Assembly (NCBI GenBank): GCA_019419525.1
Contig: DXZU01000026.1
Coordinates: forward strand, 3,740 to 67,739
DNA length: 64,000 bases
Source: Collinsella sp.
GTDB taxonomy: Bacteria > Actinomycetota > Coriobacteriia > Coriobacteriales > Coriobacteriaceae
Reading direction: 5' to 3'
Part shown: positions 49,659-59,319 of the stretch, in pieces
Numbering within the stretch: the first letter of the stretch is position 1
Layout: each line of letters begins with the position of its first letter
Made by a program: the position numbers and the translations under genes
The notes under the pieces: model-generated
Told to the model about the DNA's origin: nothing
Databases searched by the model: none
The model's input: only the letters and a program-made list of their open reading frames with translations

Positions 49659-50296
49659 TTCGCGCCACCCGTGCGCGTGATCTGGTAGAGCAGCGCGTTC
49701 ATAATGGCGGCCGCCACGGTCGAGCCGCCCTTGCGACCCCTCGCGACGATGGCCGGCACGCGTCGCGCGAGTAGCTCCTCTTTCGCCTCGACCACGTTCA
49801 CAAACCCGACCGGCACCCCAACGACGAGCGCGGGCGCGATCCTCCCCGCGTCCATGAGCTCGGCGAGGCGCAGAAGTGCTGTGGGAGCGTTGCCGACGGC
49901 CACGATGAGCGGACCCTCGATGCGGCAAGCTTTGTCCATGCTCGCAACGGCGCGAGTCGTGCCCGCGGCGCGCGCAGCCACGGCGACATCAGGGTCGGCC
50001 ATGTAGCACACGGCCTTGCAGCCGAGCTTCGCGAGCGCGGGCTTGCTTATGCCTGCGAGCGCCATGTTCGTGTCGGTGAGCACCGTGGCCCCTGCGCGCA
50101 GTGCGTCGAGCGCACAGTGCGCGGCGTCATGAGTGAACACGAGGGATTCGGCGTACGAGAAGTCGGCAGTGGTGTGGATGACGCGTTTCACGACGGGCCC
50201 TTCGAGCGGCGGGAACGTGCGGCTGCCGAGCTCTTCGGTGATGATCTCGAAGCTGCGCCGCTCGATGTCGCCGGGCGCCATCTCCTTGGAATCCAT
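49655..50296 (-). CDS. cbiC: Cobalt-precorrin-8 methylmutase
   Basis: IERRSF, RVIHTTADF, GNAPTAL, PVGFV, GRKGGS motifs. Confidence 0.93.
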   Translation of the reverse strand: MDSKEMAPGDIERRSFEIITEELGSRTFPPLEGPVVKRVIHTTADFSYAESLVFTHDAAHCALDALRAGATVLTDTNMALAGISKPALAKLGCKAVCYMADPDVAVAARAAGTTRAVASMDKACRIEGPLIVAVGNAPTALLRLAELMDAGRIAPALVVGVPVGFVNVVEAKEELLARRVPAIVARGRKGGSTVAAAIMNALLYQITRTGGAK

Positions 50297-50812
50297 CTAG
50301 TACTCCACTCCTTCCCTTGCACATATCCCCTGAGCGTAGGGGTGTTTCTCGCACCGCATCTCGGTTATGTAGTCGGCCTTCTCCACGATCTTGCGGGAAG
50401 GCGCGCGCCCAGTGAGCGCTACTTCGACGCCGCGCGCGGACATATCGAGCGCGCGGTCCACGAGCGCCTCGTCGACAAGCCCCTTCGAAAGCGCGTCGAG
50501 CGCCTCGTCGAGCACAAGCAGCCCCTCCTGCGCGCCCTCGAGCTCGGCGAGCGCGGAAGCGAGGTTCCCATCGTGCAGTTCGCACGTCGCGGCAAGTTCT
50601 TCCGACGTCATCGACCAGGTAAACTTGTCCGACACCTTCCCCGCGAACACGGGCACGCCGAAATGCTCGGCGAGCAGGCGCGCCTCCCCGCTTTCGCCGT
50701 CTTTCAGGAACTGCACGACGACGACGCGGCGGCCTGCGGCGAGCATGCGAAGGGCGAGGCCCATCGCCGCCGTGGTCTTGCCTTTGCCGTCGCCATGATA
50801 CACGTGGATCAT
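50297..50812 (-). CDS. cobO: Cob(I)alamin adenosyltransferase (CobO/BtuR type)
   Basis: GDGKGKTTAAMG, QFLK, LDE, TGR, KHPY motifs. Confidence 0.92.
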   Translation of the reverse strand: MIHVYHGDGKGKTTAAMGLALRMLAAGRRVVVVQFLKDGESGEARLLAEHFGVPVFAGKVSDKFTWSMTSEELAATCELHDGNLASALAELEGAQEGLLVLDEALDALSKGLVDEALVDRALDMSARGVEVALTGRAPSRKIVEKADYITEMRCEKHPYAQGICAREGVEY

Positions 50813-52308
50813 ACGCCCTCCTCGATAATGCGGTAGACATACTCCATGTCGAGCGCCCCGCGCACGACGTCGGCCAGGCGGTCGAACTCGCGCGCACGGT
50901 GATCGGCTGCGGACGCTGTGCCCGCAGCACCCACGACGCTCTCGGGCAGGCCGCGCATGCGCGCGAGCGAGCGCGCGAGGGCGAGCGCCAACCCCGGTTC
51001 GTCGAACAGGCCGTGGAGATAGGTTCCGAACACGTTTCCGCAGGCCGCGCCTTCTGGTTTGCCGCCAATCGTGCCCGCAGGCGCGCAGGAGACGGTCGTT
51101 TCACCGTCGTGAATCTCGTACCCGCGCGCCGTCATGCCGTTCCACACCGAGAACGCGCCTTGGGCACCCGTGATGCGCAGCTCCGACTGGGCGAGGCGCT
51201 TTTCCTCCTTGAACACCGTACTTGCAGGGATGAGCCCGAGCCCGCGCGCGGTGCCAGCGCCTTCCCTGCCGTGCGGGTCGGAAAGCTCGTCTCCCAAAAG
51301 CTGGTAGCCTCCGCATATGCCGAGCACCGGCGTGCCCGCGCCCGAAAGCGCGCGTACACAGGCTCCGATGCCGCTAGCCGCAAGCCAGCGCGCGTCGTCG
51401 AGCGTGGTCTTCGAGCCGGGGAGCACCACCAGGTCGGGTCGGCCCAGATCGGTCGTCGAGGAAACGTAGCGCACGCCCATGCCGGGCACGCGCGAAAGCG
51501 GGTCGAAGTCGGTGAAGTTCGACAGATGCGGAAGGCGCACGACGGCGACATCGATGACGCCGCGCGCCTCGCGGGCAGATAGGCGCGGCGCGAGCGAGTC
51601 CTCGTCGTCCAGGTCGAGCGTAAGATACGGCACGACCCCCACGACGGGAACCCCGCACATCTTCTCGAGCGGGGTCAAACCCGGGCGCAGGATTTCCACA
51701 TCGCCGCGGAACTTGTTCACCACAAGCCCCCGCAAAAGCGCGCGATCCTCAGGCGCAAAGAGCGCGACCGTGCCGTAGAGCTGGGCAAACACCCCGCCTG
51801 GGTCGATGTCGCCCACGAGCAGCACGGGGGAGGACACGGCGCGCGCGAGCCCCATGTTGACGATGTCGTTTTCGGAAAGGTTGATTTCGGCGGGGCTGCC
51901 GGCGCCCTCGATGACGATGACGTCGTTTTCCTCCGCGAGCGAATCGAACGCCTCCAAAATCTGCGGCATGAGCGCCTTCTTTCGCGCGAAGTAGTCCCTC
52001 GCAGCGAAGGCTCCCTGCGCCTTGCCGGCCACGATGAGCTGGCTTCGGTGGTCGCTTTCGGGCTTGAGAAGGATGGGGTTCATGCGCACGTCGGGCGCGA
52101 TGCCGCACGCCTCGGCCTGCATGATCTGGGCGCGCCCCATCTCGAGCCCGTCGGCCGTGACACCGCTGTTGAGCGCCATGTTCTGGCTCTTGAAGGGAGT
52201 CACGCGCAGGCCGTCCTGCGAAAGCACACGGCACAGCCCCGCCGCAAGCAGGCTCTTACCCGCGTTCGACATTGTGCCCTGGATCATGATGGGCTTCGCC
52301 CTACCCAC
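50809..52308 (-). CDS. cbiP: Cobyric acid synthase (CbiP/CobQ)
   Basis: IQGTMSNAGKS, PFKSQNMALN, EGAGSPAEIN, GICGGYQ, GYEIH; GTG 52308 after AAGGAGG. Confidence 0.94.
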   Translation of the reverse strand: MGRAKPIMIQGTMSNAGKSLLAAGLCRVLSQDGLRVTPFKSQNMALNSGVTADGLEMGRAQIMQAEACGIAPDVRMNPILLKPESDHRSQLIVAGKAQGAFAARDYFARKKALMPQILEAFDSLAEENDVIVIEGAGSPAEINLSENDIVNMGLARAVSSPVLLVGDIDPGGVFAQLYGTVALFAPEDRALLRGLVVNKFRGDVEILRPGLTPLEKMCGVPVVGVVPYLTLDLDDEDSLAPRLSAREARGVIDVAVVRLPHLSNFTDFDPLSRVPGMGVRYVSSTTDLGRPDLVVLPGSKTTLDDARWLAASGIGACVRALSGAGTPVLGICGGYQLLGDELSDPHGREGAGTARGLGLIPASTVFKEEKRLAQSELRITGAQGAFSVWNGMTARGYEIHDGETTVSCAPAGTIGGKPEGAACGNVFGTYLHGLFDEPGLALALARSLARMRGLPESVVGAAGTASAADHRAREFDRLADVVRGALDMEYVYRIIEEGV

Positions 52309-53524
52309 GGGTATCGACCTCCTTCGCCGAGCCTCGGCCATCCGCGCCCGCCATAGCGCCGCTGAAAGAAGCGTCGCCCCGTTCGTCGGGTTCGCCTTCG
52401 CCCGATGCACCTTCCGCCCGAAGCACGCGGCTGAACGCCATCGCAAGCCGGGCATTCTCCTTGCGCGTGCGCACCGCGACGCGGCACCAGAAACGGGACA
52501 GTACCGAAAAGGAGTCACACGTGCGGACCAAAACCCCCTGTTTATACAGGCGCTCGGGGATGTCTTTCGCCGGCGTGCGGACTAAAAGGAAGTTCGCATC
52601 CGACGGCACGACGGAAAGCCCGAGCGAGGAGAGCTCGTGGGAAAGCCACGCTCGCTCGCCCGCCAATACTTCGCGCGTGCGCGAGACGTATTCAACGTCT
52701 TCCAGGGCGGCGATGCCCGCGGCCTCGGCGACCGAGGAGACGGGCCACGCCTGCCCCGCCCGGCGAATCCCCTCGATGAGTTGGGCGTTTCCGCTGATCA
52801 GATATCCCAACCGCAAGCCCGCCATTCCGTAGAGCTTGGTGAACGCGGAGAGCACGGCCACATGGCGCGAACACGCGGCGCGTGCGGCCACGCTCCTTTC
52901 GCGGGCGTCGGGCGCAAATCCGAGGAAGCACTCGTCCACGACGAGCAGCGCGCCCACCTGCTCGCAGCGGCAAGCCGCGGCATCGATCACGCTGGGGTCG
53001 ACGAGGCGCCCCGTCGGGTTGTTCGGATTGCAGAGGTACGCCACGTCTCCCGGCCCCTCGATCGCGCGGGCGAAGGAGGCGGGCACGTCGAAGTCGTCCG
53101 CTTCGGAGAGCGGGAACTCCTGCACGCATGCGCCGTAGTACGATGCCGCCTCCGCATATTCAGAGAACGTCGGCGCACACACGACGATGCGTTTCGGGCA
53201 CACCGCCGCGGCGAGCCGCCAGATGATGTCGGACGCGCCCGCGCCGCAGACGATAGTATCTTCGGGAATGCCCTGGGCGCGCGCTAGGGCGCGAACGAGG
53301 GCGAGGCTTTCCCTATCGGGGTAGGCGTCGATTCGAGAAAGCGCCTTGCAAGCTGCGGCGACGGCGCGCGGCGAGGGGCCTGCAGGATTCACGTTCACCG
53401 AGAAGTCAATGAGGTCGGAGGCGCCCCCTTCGCAAGCGATGCCGAGCGATTGCGCGCTGCCCCCATGCGCACGGGCGCGCAGGATTCCCCCGGCAGCCCG
53501 GGGCGCGGCGTGGTCTTCCCTCAT
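52301..53524 (-). CDS. cobD: L-threonine-O-3-phosphate decarboxylase
   Basis: HGG, DFSVNVNP, CNPNNPTG, VDECF, AFTKLYGMAGLRLG motifs. Confidence 0.87.
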   Translation of the reverse strand: MREDHAAPRAAGGILRARAHGGSAQSLGIACEGGASDLIDFSVNVNPAGPSPRAVAAACKALSRIDAYPDRESLALVRALARAQGIPEDTIVCGAGASDIIWRLAAAVCPKRIVVCAPTFSEYAEAASYYGACVQEFPLSEADDFDVPASFARAIEGPGDVAYLCNPNNPTGRLVDPSVIDAAACRCEQVGALLVVDECFLGFAPDARERSVAARAACSRHVAVLSAFTKLYGMAGLRLGYLISGNAQLIEGIRRAGQAWPVSSVAEAAGIAALEDVEYVSRTREVLAGERAWLSHELSSLGLSVVPSDANFLLVRTPAKDIPERLYKQGVLVRTCDSFSVLSRFWCRVAVRTRKENARLAMAFSRVLRAEGASGEGEPDERGDASFSGAMAGADGRGSAKEVDTRG

Positions 53525-54498
53525 GCCATCGCCCCCACGGCGAGCACGACCGCCGCGCGCGCGGCACCGAAGACGACGAGCGCGCATACGGACGCGGCGA
53601 GCATGAGCCTTGTCGCCCGGGCGATGTCGCCCCACTCGATTTCGCGGGACGCGTCGCCTATCGTCGGCTTCTCAACGAGCTTGCCGAAATACACCGCAGG
53701 TCCTGCCAGGCGCAGCCCGAGCGCGCCCGCGCACGCTGACTCGGTCTGCGCCGCGTTCGGGCTCACATGGCGACGCCTATCGCGGCGCCAGATGCGCGCC
53801 GCCCCGCGCGCGTCGAGCCCGACGATCGGGCACACGGCGATCATGAGCAGGGCCGACAAGCGCGAGGGAATCCAATTCACCGCATCGTCGAGGCGCGCCG
53901 AGGCGCAGCCGAAGTCGATGTAGCGCTCGTTTTTGTAGCCCACCATGCTGTCGAGCGTGTTCACCGCCTTATACGCCATGCCCAAGGGCGCACCCCCGAT
54001 CATAAGGTAGAAAAGCGGCGCGATGACTCCGTCGCTCGCGTTCTCCGCCACCGTTTCCACGGCGGCGCGCGCGACGCCCTGCTCGCCGAGAACAGACGTG
54101 TCACGTCCCACGATGAGCCCGACGGCTTCGCGCGCCGCGACAAGGCCGCCCTTCGAGAACGCGCGGGCCACGTCCAGGCTCTGGCGGCGCAGCTCGCATG
54201 TCGCGAGAATCTGATAGCTCGCCCATGCCTCGGCCACGAAGCGCAAGCCGGAGTGAACCATGCCGCAAAGATGCAGGATTCCCCAGGTCAAAAGCCCACA
54301 CGCAAGCGGAAGCGCCACGGCGAGCACAAGCCCTGCGGCGCGCGTGCCCGCGGACGTTTGCGGGAATGCGCCCCGCAGGCGGCCTTCGGCCCACGTGATC
54401 GCGCGCCCCATGGCGACGACGGGATGGGGAAGCCAGCGCGGGTCGCCGAAGGCAAGGTCGGCCGCGAACCCGACGGCGACGGCAAGAATCGTCATCAC
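53521..54498 (-). CDS. cbiB: Adenosylcobinamide-phosphate synthase
   Basis: GDP..LPHPV, VGRDT, ETVAENASDG, NTLDSMVGY, SPNA motifs. Confidence 0.93.
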   Translation of the reverse strand: MMTILAVAVGFAADLAFGDPRWLPHPVVAMGRAITWAEGRLRGAFPQTSAGTRAAGLVLAVALPLACGLLTWGILHLCGMVHSGLRFVAEAWASYQILATCELRRQSLDVARAFSKGGLVAAREAVGLIVGRDTSVLGEQGVARAAVETVAENASDGVIAPLFYLMIGGAPLGMAYKAVNTLDSMVGYKNERYIDFGCASARLDDAVNWIPSRLSALLMIAVCPIVGLDARGAARIWRRDRRRHVSPNAAQTESACAGALGLRLAGPAVYFGKLVEKPTIGDASREIEWGDIARATRLMLAASVCALVVFGAARAAVVLAVGAMA

Positions 54499-55496
54499 CG
54501 GGCATCGCCCCCCGAAGCGGGGCGAACGTCGCGAAGGCAGCGCCCATCCCAGGTGGCGGCCCATGCGCCGCCCGGCTCGGTATGCACGTCGAAGTATCCA
54601 ATTTTCGGGACAGCTAGCTCGGAGAGCAGCGCTTTCACGGTACCCGCGTGAACGACGAAGACGGCGCGCCCACTCCCCTGGGCGCACTCCGATTCGCACG
54701 CCTCCCGAAACGCCGCGACGACGCGGCGGGTGAAATCGCTCTTGCCCTCGCCATGCGGGCAGCGCGTCTCGCACCAGGAGTCTACCCAGGCGCGGTAGCG
54801 CGCATCCTCTTTAAGCTCGGCGGCGCTTCGCCCCTCGAAGTCGCCGAAATCCATCTCGCGCAGACCGGGGCATGCCATAAGCTCCGCATTCGGGAAGAGG
54901 ATGCGCGCCGTCTGGTCGGTGCGGGCCATGCCGCTCGTGATAACACGGAACACATCACGATCGCACGCGAGGTCGTGCAAAGCGCGCTCGCCCGCGCTCG
55001 ACAGGGGCTCGTCGGTGCCCGCCCCGCTGTAGCGATGGTCTTCCGTTCCCGCCGTGGCACCATGGCGCACGAAGACGACTTCCAAAGGCGCGCCCGCGCC
55101 CTGCGGCCCTCGAGGCGCATCGGCAAGGTTTCCTTTGATGGCCTGGGGTATCCCGCACGTCATGCGCACGACGACGTCGGCGCACGCAGCGAGCGTGCAT
55201 CCCAGGCGCCCCGCGCGCTCGCGCCATTGGGCGTCTTCCGCACGCATGGGGACGACCCCCGAGCCGACCAAGGACAGAATCACTGCGTCGAAGCCGATCA
55301 GCCGCTCGAGCGCCCGGTCAGCGTCGAGCGCGCATACGAGTTCCTCAGCACGGTATGCGACGCGGCCGACAAAAGCAGCGGGCACGCCGCCCTCCGCAAG
55401 CTGCGCCGCGTCGACGAAATCGTCTGCCGCGAACCCGAGCTTTTCGCGCACGAAGGTCCTCTTCCCCGAATGCGCGCCACCTACCACGAGCATCAT
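54495..55496 (-). CDS. cobC: Fusion of a short CobU-like P-loop domain and a histidine phosphatase (alpha-ribazole phosphatase-like)
   Basis: N-terminal GGAHSGK, VGSGVVP..WRE..GR, CGIP; C-terminal RHG, LREMDFGDFEG, VHAG. Confidence 0.78.
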   Translation of the reverse strand: MMLVVGGAHSGKRTFVREKLGFAADDFVDAAQLAEGGVPAAFVGRVAYRAEELVCALDADRALERLIGFDAVILSLVGSGVVPMRAEDAQWRERAGRLGCTLAACADVVVRMTCGIPQAIKGNLADAPRGPQGAGAPLEVVFVRHGATAGTEDHRYSGAGTDEPLSSAGERALHDLACDRDVFRVITSGMARTDQTARILFPNAELMACPGLREMDFGDFEGRSAAELKEDARYRAWVDSWCETRCPHGEGKSDFTRRVVAAFREACESECAQGSGRAVFVVHAGTVKALLSELAVPKIGYFDVHTEPGGAWAATWDGRCLRDVRPASGGDAR

Positions 55497-56260
55497 AGGA
55501 GCATGCCCCCCGCCACCAGCATGGCAAGCATCGCGAGCTCGGCCCATTGCAGAAACCATCCGGCCAAATCCCCCGTCACCCCGCCGAAGCGGGACAGGGC
55601 AACATGGCGGTACCACGCGAGCGCCAAAAGCCCCGCCACCGCCATAAGGGCACCGACGGCCTGAGCGCACGCGACCATCCCTGCGGCCGAAGCCGCAGCG
55701 AAAGCGCAAAGCGGCACGACGATCGCCGCGCGCTTCTTAGCAGGCGAGAGCCCCGCGGCCATGCCGTCCGCCCGCGCGGCAGGCCAGCATTCAACGGCGA
55801 GCCCCGAAAGCGAGCGGGAGAACACGAGCGAGCACAGAAGCGCAAGGAACGCCCCCGCCGTAAGCGGCAGCGCGGTGAACAGGGAAAACTGCAGAATAAG
55901 GTACACAACAACACCGATGACCCCAAAGGCGCCCGCCCGCGGGTCGTGCATGATCTCGAGCTTTCGCTCGCGCGGGGCCCAACTTGCAAGCGCATCGGAG
56001 GTGTCGCAGAGCCCGTCTAGGTGGATGCCTCCCGTCACCGCCACAGACAGCGCCACGAGCACGGCCGCGACGATGGTCGCGGGCACGCCGAGCAGGTTCG
56101 CAACGTGTCCCCACGCCGTCATGAGGAAGCCTTCCGCAAGGCCCACCAGGGGAAACGCGGCAAGCGCATGGGTTGACCCGAAATCGGTCCAGGCCGATTT
56201 CGGGACGGGGATGCGCGAGAACGTTCCGAACGCCGCGCCGATTGCCTCTACTATCTTCAC
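55493..56260 (-). CDS. cobS: Cobalamin synthase
   Basis: FSRIP, FPLVG, TGGIHLDGLCDTSDA, FGGVTGD motifs. Confidence 0.93.
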   Translation of the reverse strand: MKIVEAIGAAFGTFSRIPVPKSAWTDFGSTHALAAFPLVGLAEGFLMTAWGHVANLLGVPATIVAAVLVALSVAVTGGIHLDGLCDTSDALASWAPRERKLEIMHDPRAGAFGVIGVVVYLILQFSLFTALPLTAGAFLALLCSLVFSRSLSGLAVECWPAARADGMAAGLSPAKKRAAIVVPLCAFAAASAAGMVACAQAVGALMAVAGLLALAWYRHVALSRFGGVTGDLAGWFLQWAELAMLAMLVAGGMLL

Positions 56261-56805
56261 CTTGTAGGTCCTTCGCCTTTCATCCACACGGGAATCCCGC
56301 ATACCACTTCGACTGCGCGGTCGGCCAGCGCCGCCACGCCCGCGTTCACACGCGCGAGCGCGCGCCTCCATGCCTCGGTCCCCTCATCGTAGCGCATCCC
56401 ATCGGCGAACACGTCGACGGTGACCACCACCGTATACGCAGCGGCCTGAGCGAGCCGTTCGATGCCTCCGAGCACCTCGCGCGCCGCAGCGTCGGGGTCA
56501 CGTGGGGACAAGCCGCCTTCCGCGAAGAGCTCGTTCGCAACCAGGTTGCCCACGTCCTCCAAAAGAAGCGTGCAGCCGCGCGGAAGCCCGGACACTGCGG
56601 CGCCCACGTCACGCGTGCGCTCGAGGGTGGAAAACCCCTTGCCCTCGCGCAGCGCCCGATGGCGCGCGATGCGGCGGGCGCCCTCTTCCCCGAAGGGCTC
56701 CATCGTTGCCAGGTACACGCGAGGGCCGTCGTGCCCAAGGCACAGGGATTCGGCGTAGGCGCTCTTGCCGCTCGCGGCGGCGCCGATGACGAGCGTCACC
56801 GTCAT
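56257..56805 (-). CDS. cobU: Adenosylcobinamide kinase/phosphate guanylyltransferase
   Basis: GAAASGKSAYAE, YLAT, RIARHR, VCGIP motifs. Confidence 0.88.
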   Translation of the reverse strand: MTVTLVIGAAASGKSAYAESLCLGHDGPRVYLATMEPFGEEGARRIARHRALREGKGFSTLERTRDVGAAVSGLPRGCTLLLEDVGNLVANELFAEGGLSPRDPDAAAREVLGGIERLAQAAAYTVVVTVDVFADGMRYDEGTEAWRRALARVNAGVAALADRAVEVVCGIPVWMKGEGPTR

Positions 56806-57944
56806 TTCCCGGCCTCGAAATGCTCGTAAGCAGCCATGCCAGTCGCCGTGAATGTCTTCCCATCCCGGTACACGCGCAGCGCCGAATCCAGAAGGGGCAG
56901 ATACGCCATGGCGCCCGCGCCCTCGCCCAAGTGCATGCCTGCGTCGAGGGGTGCCTTTATGCCGAGCTCGCGAAGGAGCTCCTGGCTTGCGGGTTCGCTT
57001 GATGCGTGGGTGCCCACGAGGTAGCCCAAGGCGTTGGGGCACAGGCGCGCCGCGCACAGGGCCGCCGTGCAGGATATGACCCCGTCGAGGAGCGCCGGCG
57101 CCTTCGAGGCCGCGGCCCCCAGGTAGAAGCCGCACAACGCCGCGATGTCGAAGCCGCCCACCTTCGAGAGCACGTCGATCGGGTCGGCGGGATCGGGCGA
57201 GTTCGCGTCGATAGCGCGCTCGACCACGTCGCGCTTGCGCGCGAGCGAGACGTCCGAGAGCCCCGCGCCGCGCCCGACGAGGCTCCGCGCGTCCGCCCGG
57301 ATGAGCACTGCGGCCACCGCCGCCGAGGTGGTCGTGTTGCCGATGCCCATCTCGCCCGCGGCGAGAAGGCGCACGCCGGCGCGGGCAAGCCCGCACGCGA
57401 CGGCGATTCCGACCTCGATCGCGCGCACGGCCCCATCGCGAGACATAGCGGAGCCGTGCGCGATGTTGCCGCTCCCCCGCCGCACGTTCGCGCGCACCAT
57501 GCGCGCGTCTTCTATGCCCCGGGCCATACCCACGTCGACGGGCACGACCTCGGCACCCGCGAACGCCGCCATGCGGCAGGCGCTCGTGGCCCCCTCGCAC
57601 ATGTTGCGCGCGACGGCTCGCGTCACGTCTTGCCCGCTTTGCGACACGCCTTCGGCAACGACCCCGTTGTCGGAGAAGAATACCGCGAGCGCACGGGGAA
57701 ACTCGGCCACCTCGGCGCTCCCCTGAGCTGCGGCGATACGCGCGACGGCGTCTTCAAAGTCGCCCAATCCCCCCAAGGGGTGCGCGATGGAGTCCCACGC
57801 GGCGTACGCGGCGGCGCGGGCGCACTCGTCTGCGGGCGCGATGCCGGAGAGCGCGGCTTCGAGCACGGCGCCCGGCGCCGACGAGAACGCGCGCTCGACT
57901 TCCTCGCGGATGCAGGCAAGCGCGGTTTCGGTTACTTCAGCCAT
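56802..57944 (-). CDS. cobT: Nicotinate-nucleotide--dimethylbenzimidazole phosphoribosyltransferase
   Basis: DNGVVAEGVS, GEMGIGNTT, GRGAG, GGFDIA, LGEGAG motifs. Confidence 0.93.
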   Translation of the reverse strand: MAEVTETALACIREEVERAFSSAPGAVLEAALSGIAPADECARAAAYAAWDSIAHPLGGLGDFEDAVARIAAAQGSAEVAEFPRALAVFFSDNGVVAEGVSQSGQDVTRAVARNMCEGATSACRMAAFAGAEVVPVDVGMARGIEDARMVRANVRRGSGNIAHGSAMSRDGAVRAIEVGIAVACGLARAGVRLLAAGEMGIGNTTTSAAVAAVLIRADARSLVGRGAGLSDVSLARKRDVVERAIDANSPDPADPIDVLSKVGGFDIAALCGFYLGAAASKAPALLDGVISCTAALCAARLCPNALGYLVGTHASSEPASQELLRELGIKAPLDAGMHLGEGAGAMAYLPLLDSALRVYRDGKTFTATGMAAYEHFEAGK

Positions 57945-59319
57945 GCCGCCTCCTCTCTGCGAACGACGCTGCGGCAGACGCGAACGCGCGCGCAACGTCG
58001 GGGTTCGCAGGATAGTACACATGCGGGAAGCCCGCCACCAGGGACGGGGTGGTCGTCATGCACGGCCAGCCCTTGTCGCGCCGGGGCTTCTGCGCCCAAA
58101 AGTCGCCGCCCGGGCAGGTGGACTGCCAGTAGTGGAACTCGTGCGCGCGGATGCGTGTGCCGCGCGGCCCGTAGAGCCCGTCGCGTTGGGAAGTAAGCTC
58201 CACGTACCCGAAATGGGACAGCCTTCCCCCGTTCTCGCTTGCGCCCTCAAGGGCGCCCGCAACAGGCCAGCGCCGCCCCTCGCTATCGGCGATTTCGCGC
58301 TGCAGGTACAGAAACCCACCGCATTCGGCAACCGTCGGCATGCCGGATTCCACCGCGCGCCGCACGGCCGCGCGCATCGGCGCGTTCTCGGAGAGCTGTC
58401 GCGCATGGAGCTCCGGGTAGCCGCCCCCCAGATAGAGGGCGCTTGTCCCCCGGGGCAACTCGCTATCACACAGGGGGCTGAAAAAGGCCAGCTCGCAACC
58501 CAGGTCCTCGAGCGCGCGCAGATTCTCCTCGTAATAGAACGAGAACGCCTCGTCACGCGCGACGGCGACGATGGGCCGCGCTCCCGCGATCGGCTCCAAC
58601 CGGTAAGGTTCCTCGCGGATATCGGGTGCCGTCGCCGCTATTTCGAGCAAGCGGTCGACGTCGATGCTCTTTTCCACCAGCTCGGCCATCTTGTCGATGC
58701 GCGCGAAGAGCTGCTCGACCTCGTCGGCGGTCACAAGCCCCAGATGCCGGCTTTCGAGCGAGAACGCCTCGTCGGCGGGGATATTCCCCAAAACCGCGAC
58801 GCCCGTGTGCTTCTCGATCGCAGGCGCCGCGTAGGCGCAGGCAGCGGCGCTCGTCTTGTTCAGCACGACGCCGCGCACGTTCGCACAAGGCAGGAACTCG
58901 GCGATGCCGCGGATTACAGCGGCGAGCGATAAAGACGCCCCGCGCCCGTTCACCACTAAAACGACCGGCGTTTCCGTGTCGCGCGCAACCTGGTAGCTGC
59001 TCGCGTCGGCCACGCCGGGCGCCATGCCGTCGTAGAAGCCCATGACCCCCTCGAGCACCGCGACATCCGCGCCCGCGGCGCCGCGTACGAGCAGGGCGCG
59101 CAGCGTCGGGGCGTCGGTGAAGAAGCCGTCTAAGTTGCCCGAGCGCACACCCACGACGCGGCGGTGAAAGAGCGGGTCAATGTAGTCGGGGCCGCATTTG
59201 AAGGCCGCGCATGCAAGGCCGCGACGCGCGAGCGCGCGCAGGAGCGCGCACGTGACGACCGTCTTGCCGCTCCCGCTCGAGGGCGCAGCGACCATGAAGC
59301 GCGGGATGGACGTGCTCAC
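57937..59319 (-). CDS. cbiA: Cobyrinate a,c-diamide synthase
   Basis: SGSGKT, FKCGPDYIDP, EGVMG, SRHLGL, GGGYPE, AECGG, HEFHY motifs. Confidence 0.94.
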   Translation of the reverse strand: MSTSIPRFMVAAPSSGSGKTVVTCALLRALARRGLACAAFKCGPDYIDPLFHRRVVGVRSGNLDGFFTDAPTLRALLVRGAAGADVAVLEGVMGFYDGMAPGVADASSYQVARDTETPVVLVVNGRGASLSLAAVIRGIAEFLPCANVRGVVLNKTSAAACAYAAPAIEKHTGVAVLGNIPADEAFSLESRHLGLVTADEVEQLFARIDKMAELVEKSIDVDRLLEIAATAPDIREEPYRLEPIAGARPIVAVARDEAFSFYYEENLRALEDLGCELAFFSPLCDSELPRGTSALYLGGGYPELHARQLSENAPMRAAVRRAVESGMPTVAECGGFLYLQREIADSEGRRWPVAGALEGASENGGRLSHFGYVELTSQRDGLYGPRGTRIRAHEFHYWQSTCPGGDFWAQKPRRDKGWPCMTTTPSLVAGFPHVYYPANPDVARAFASAAASFAERRRHG

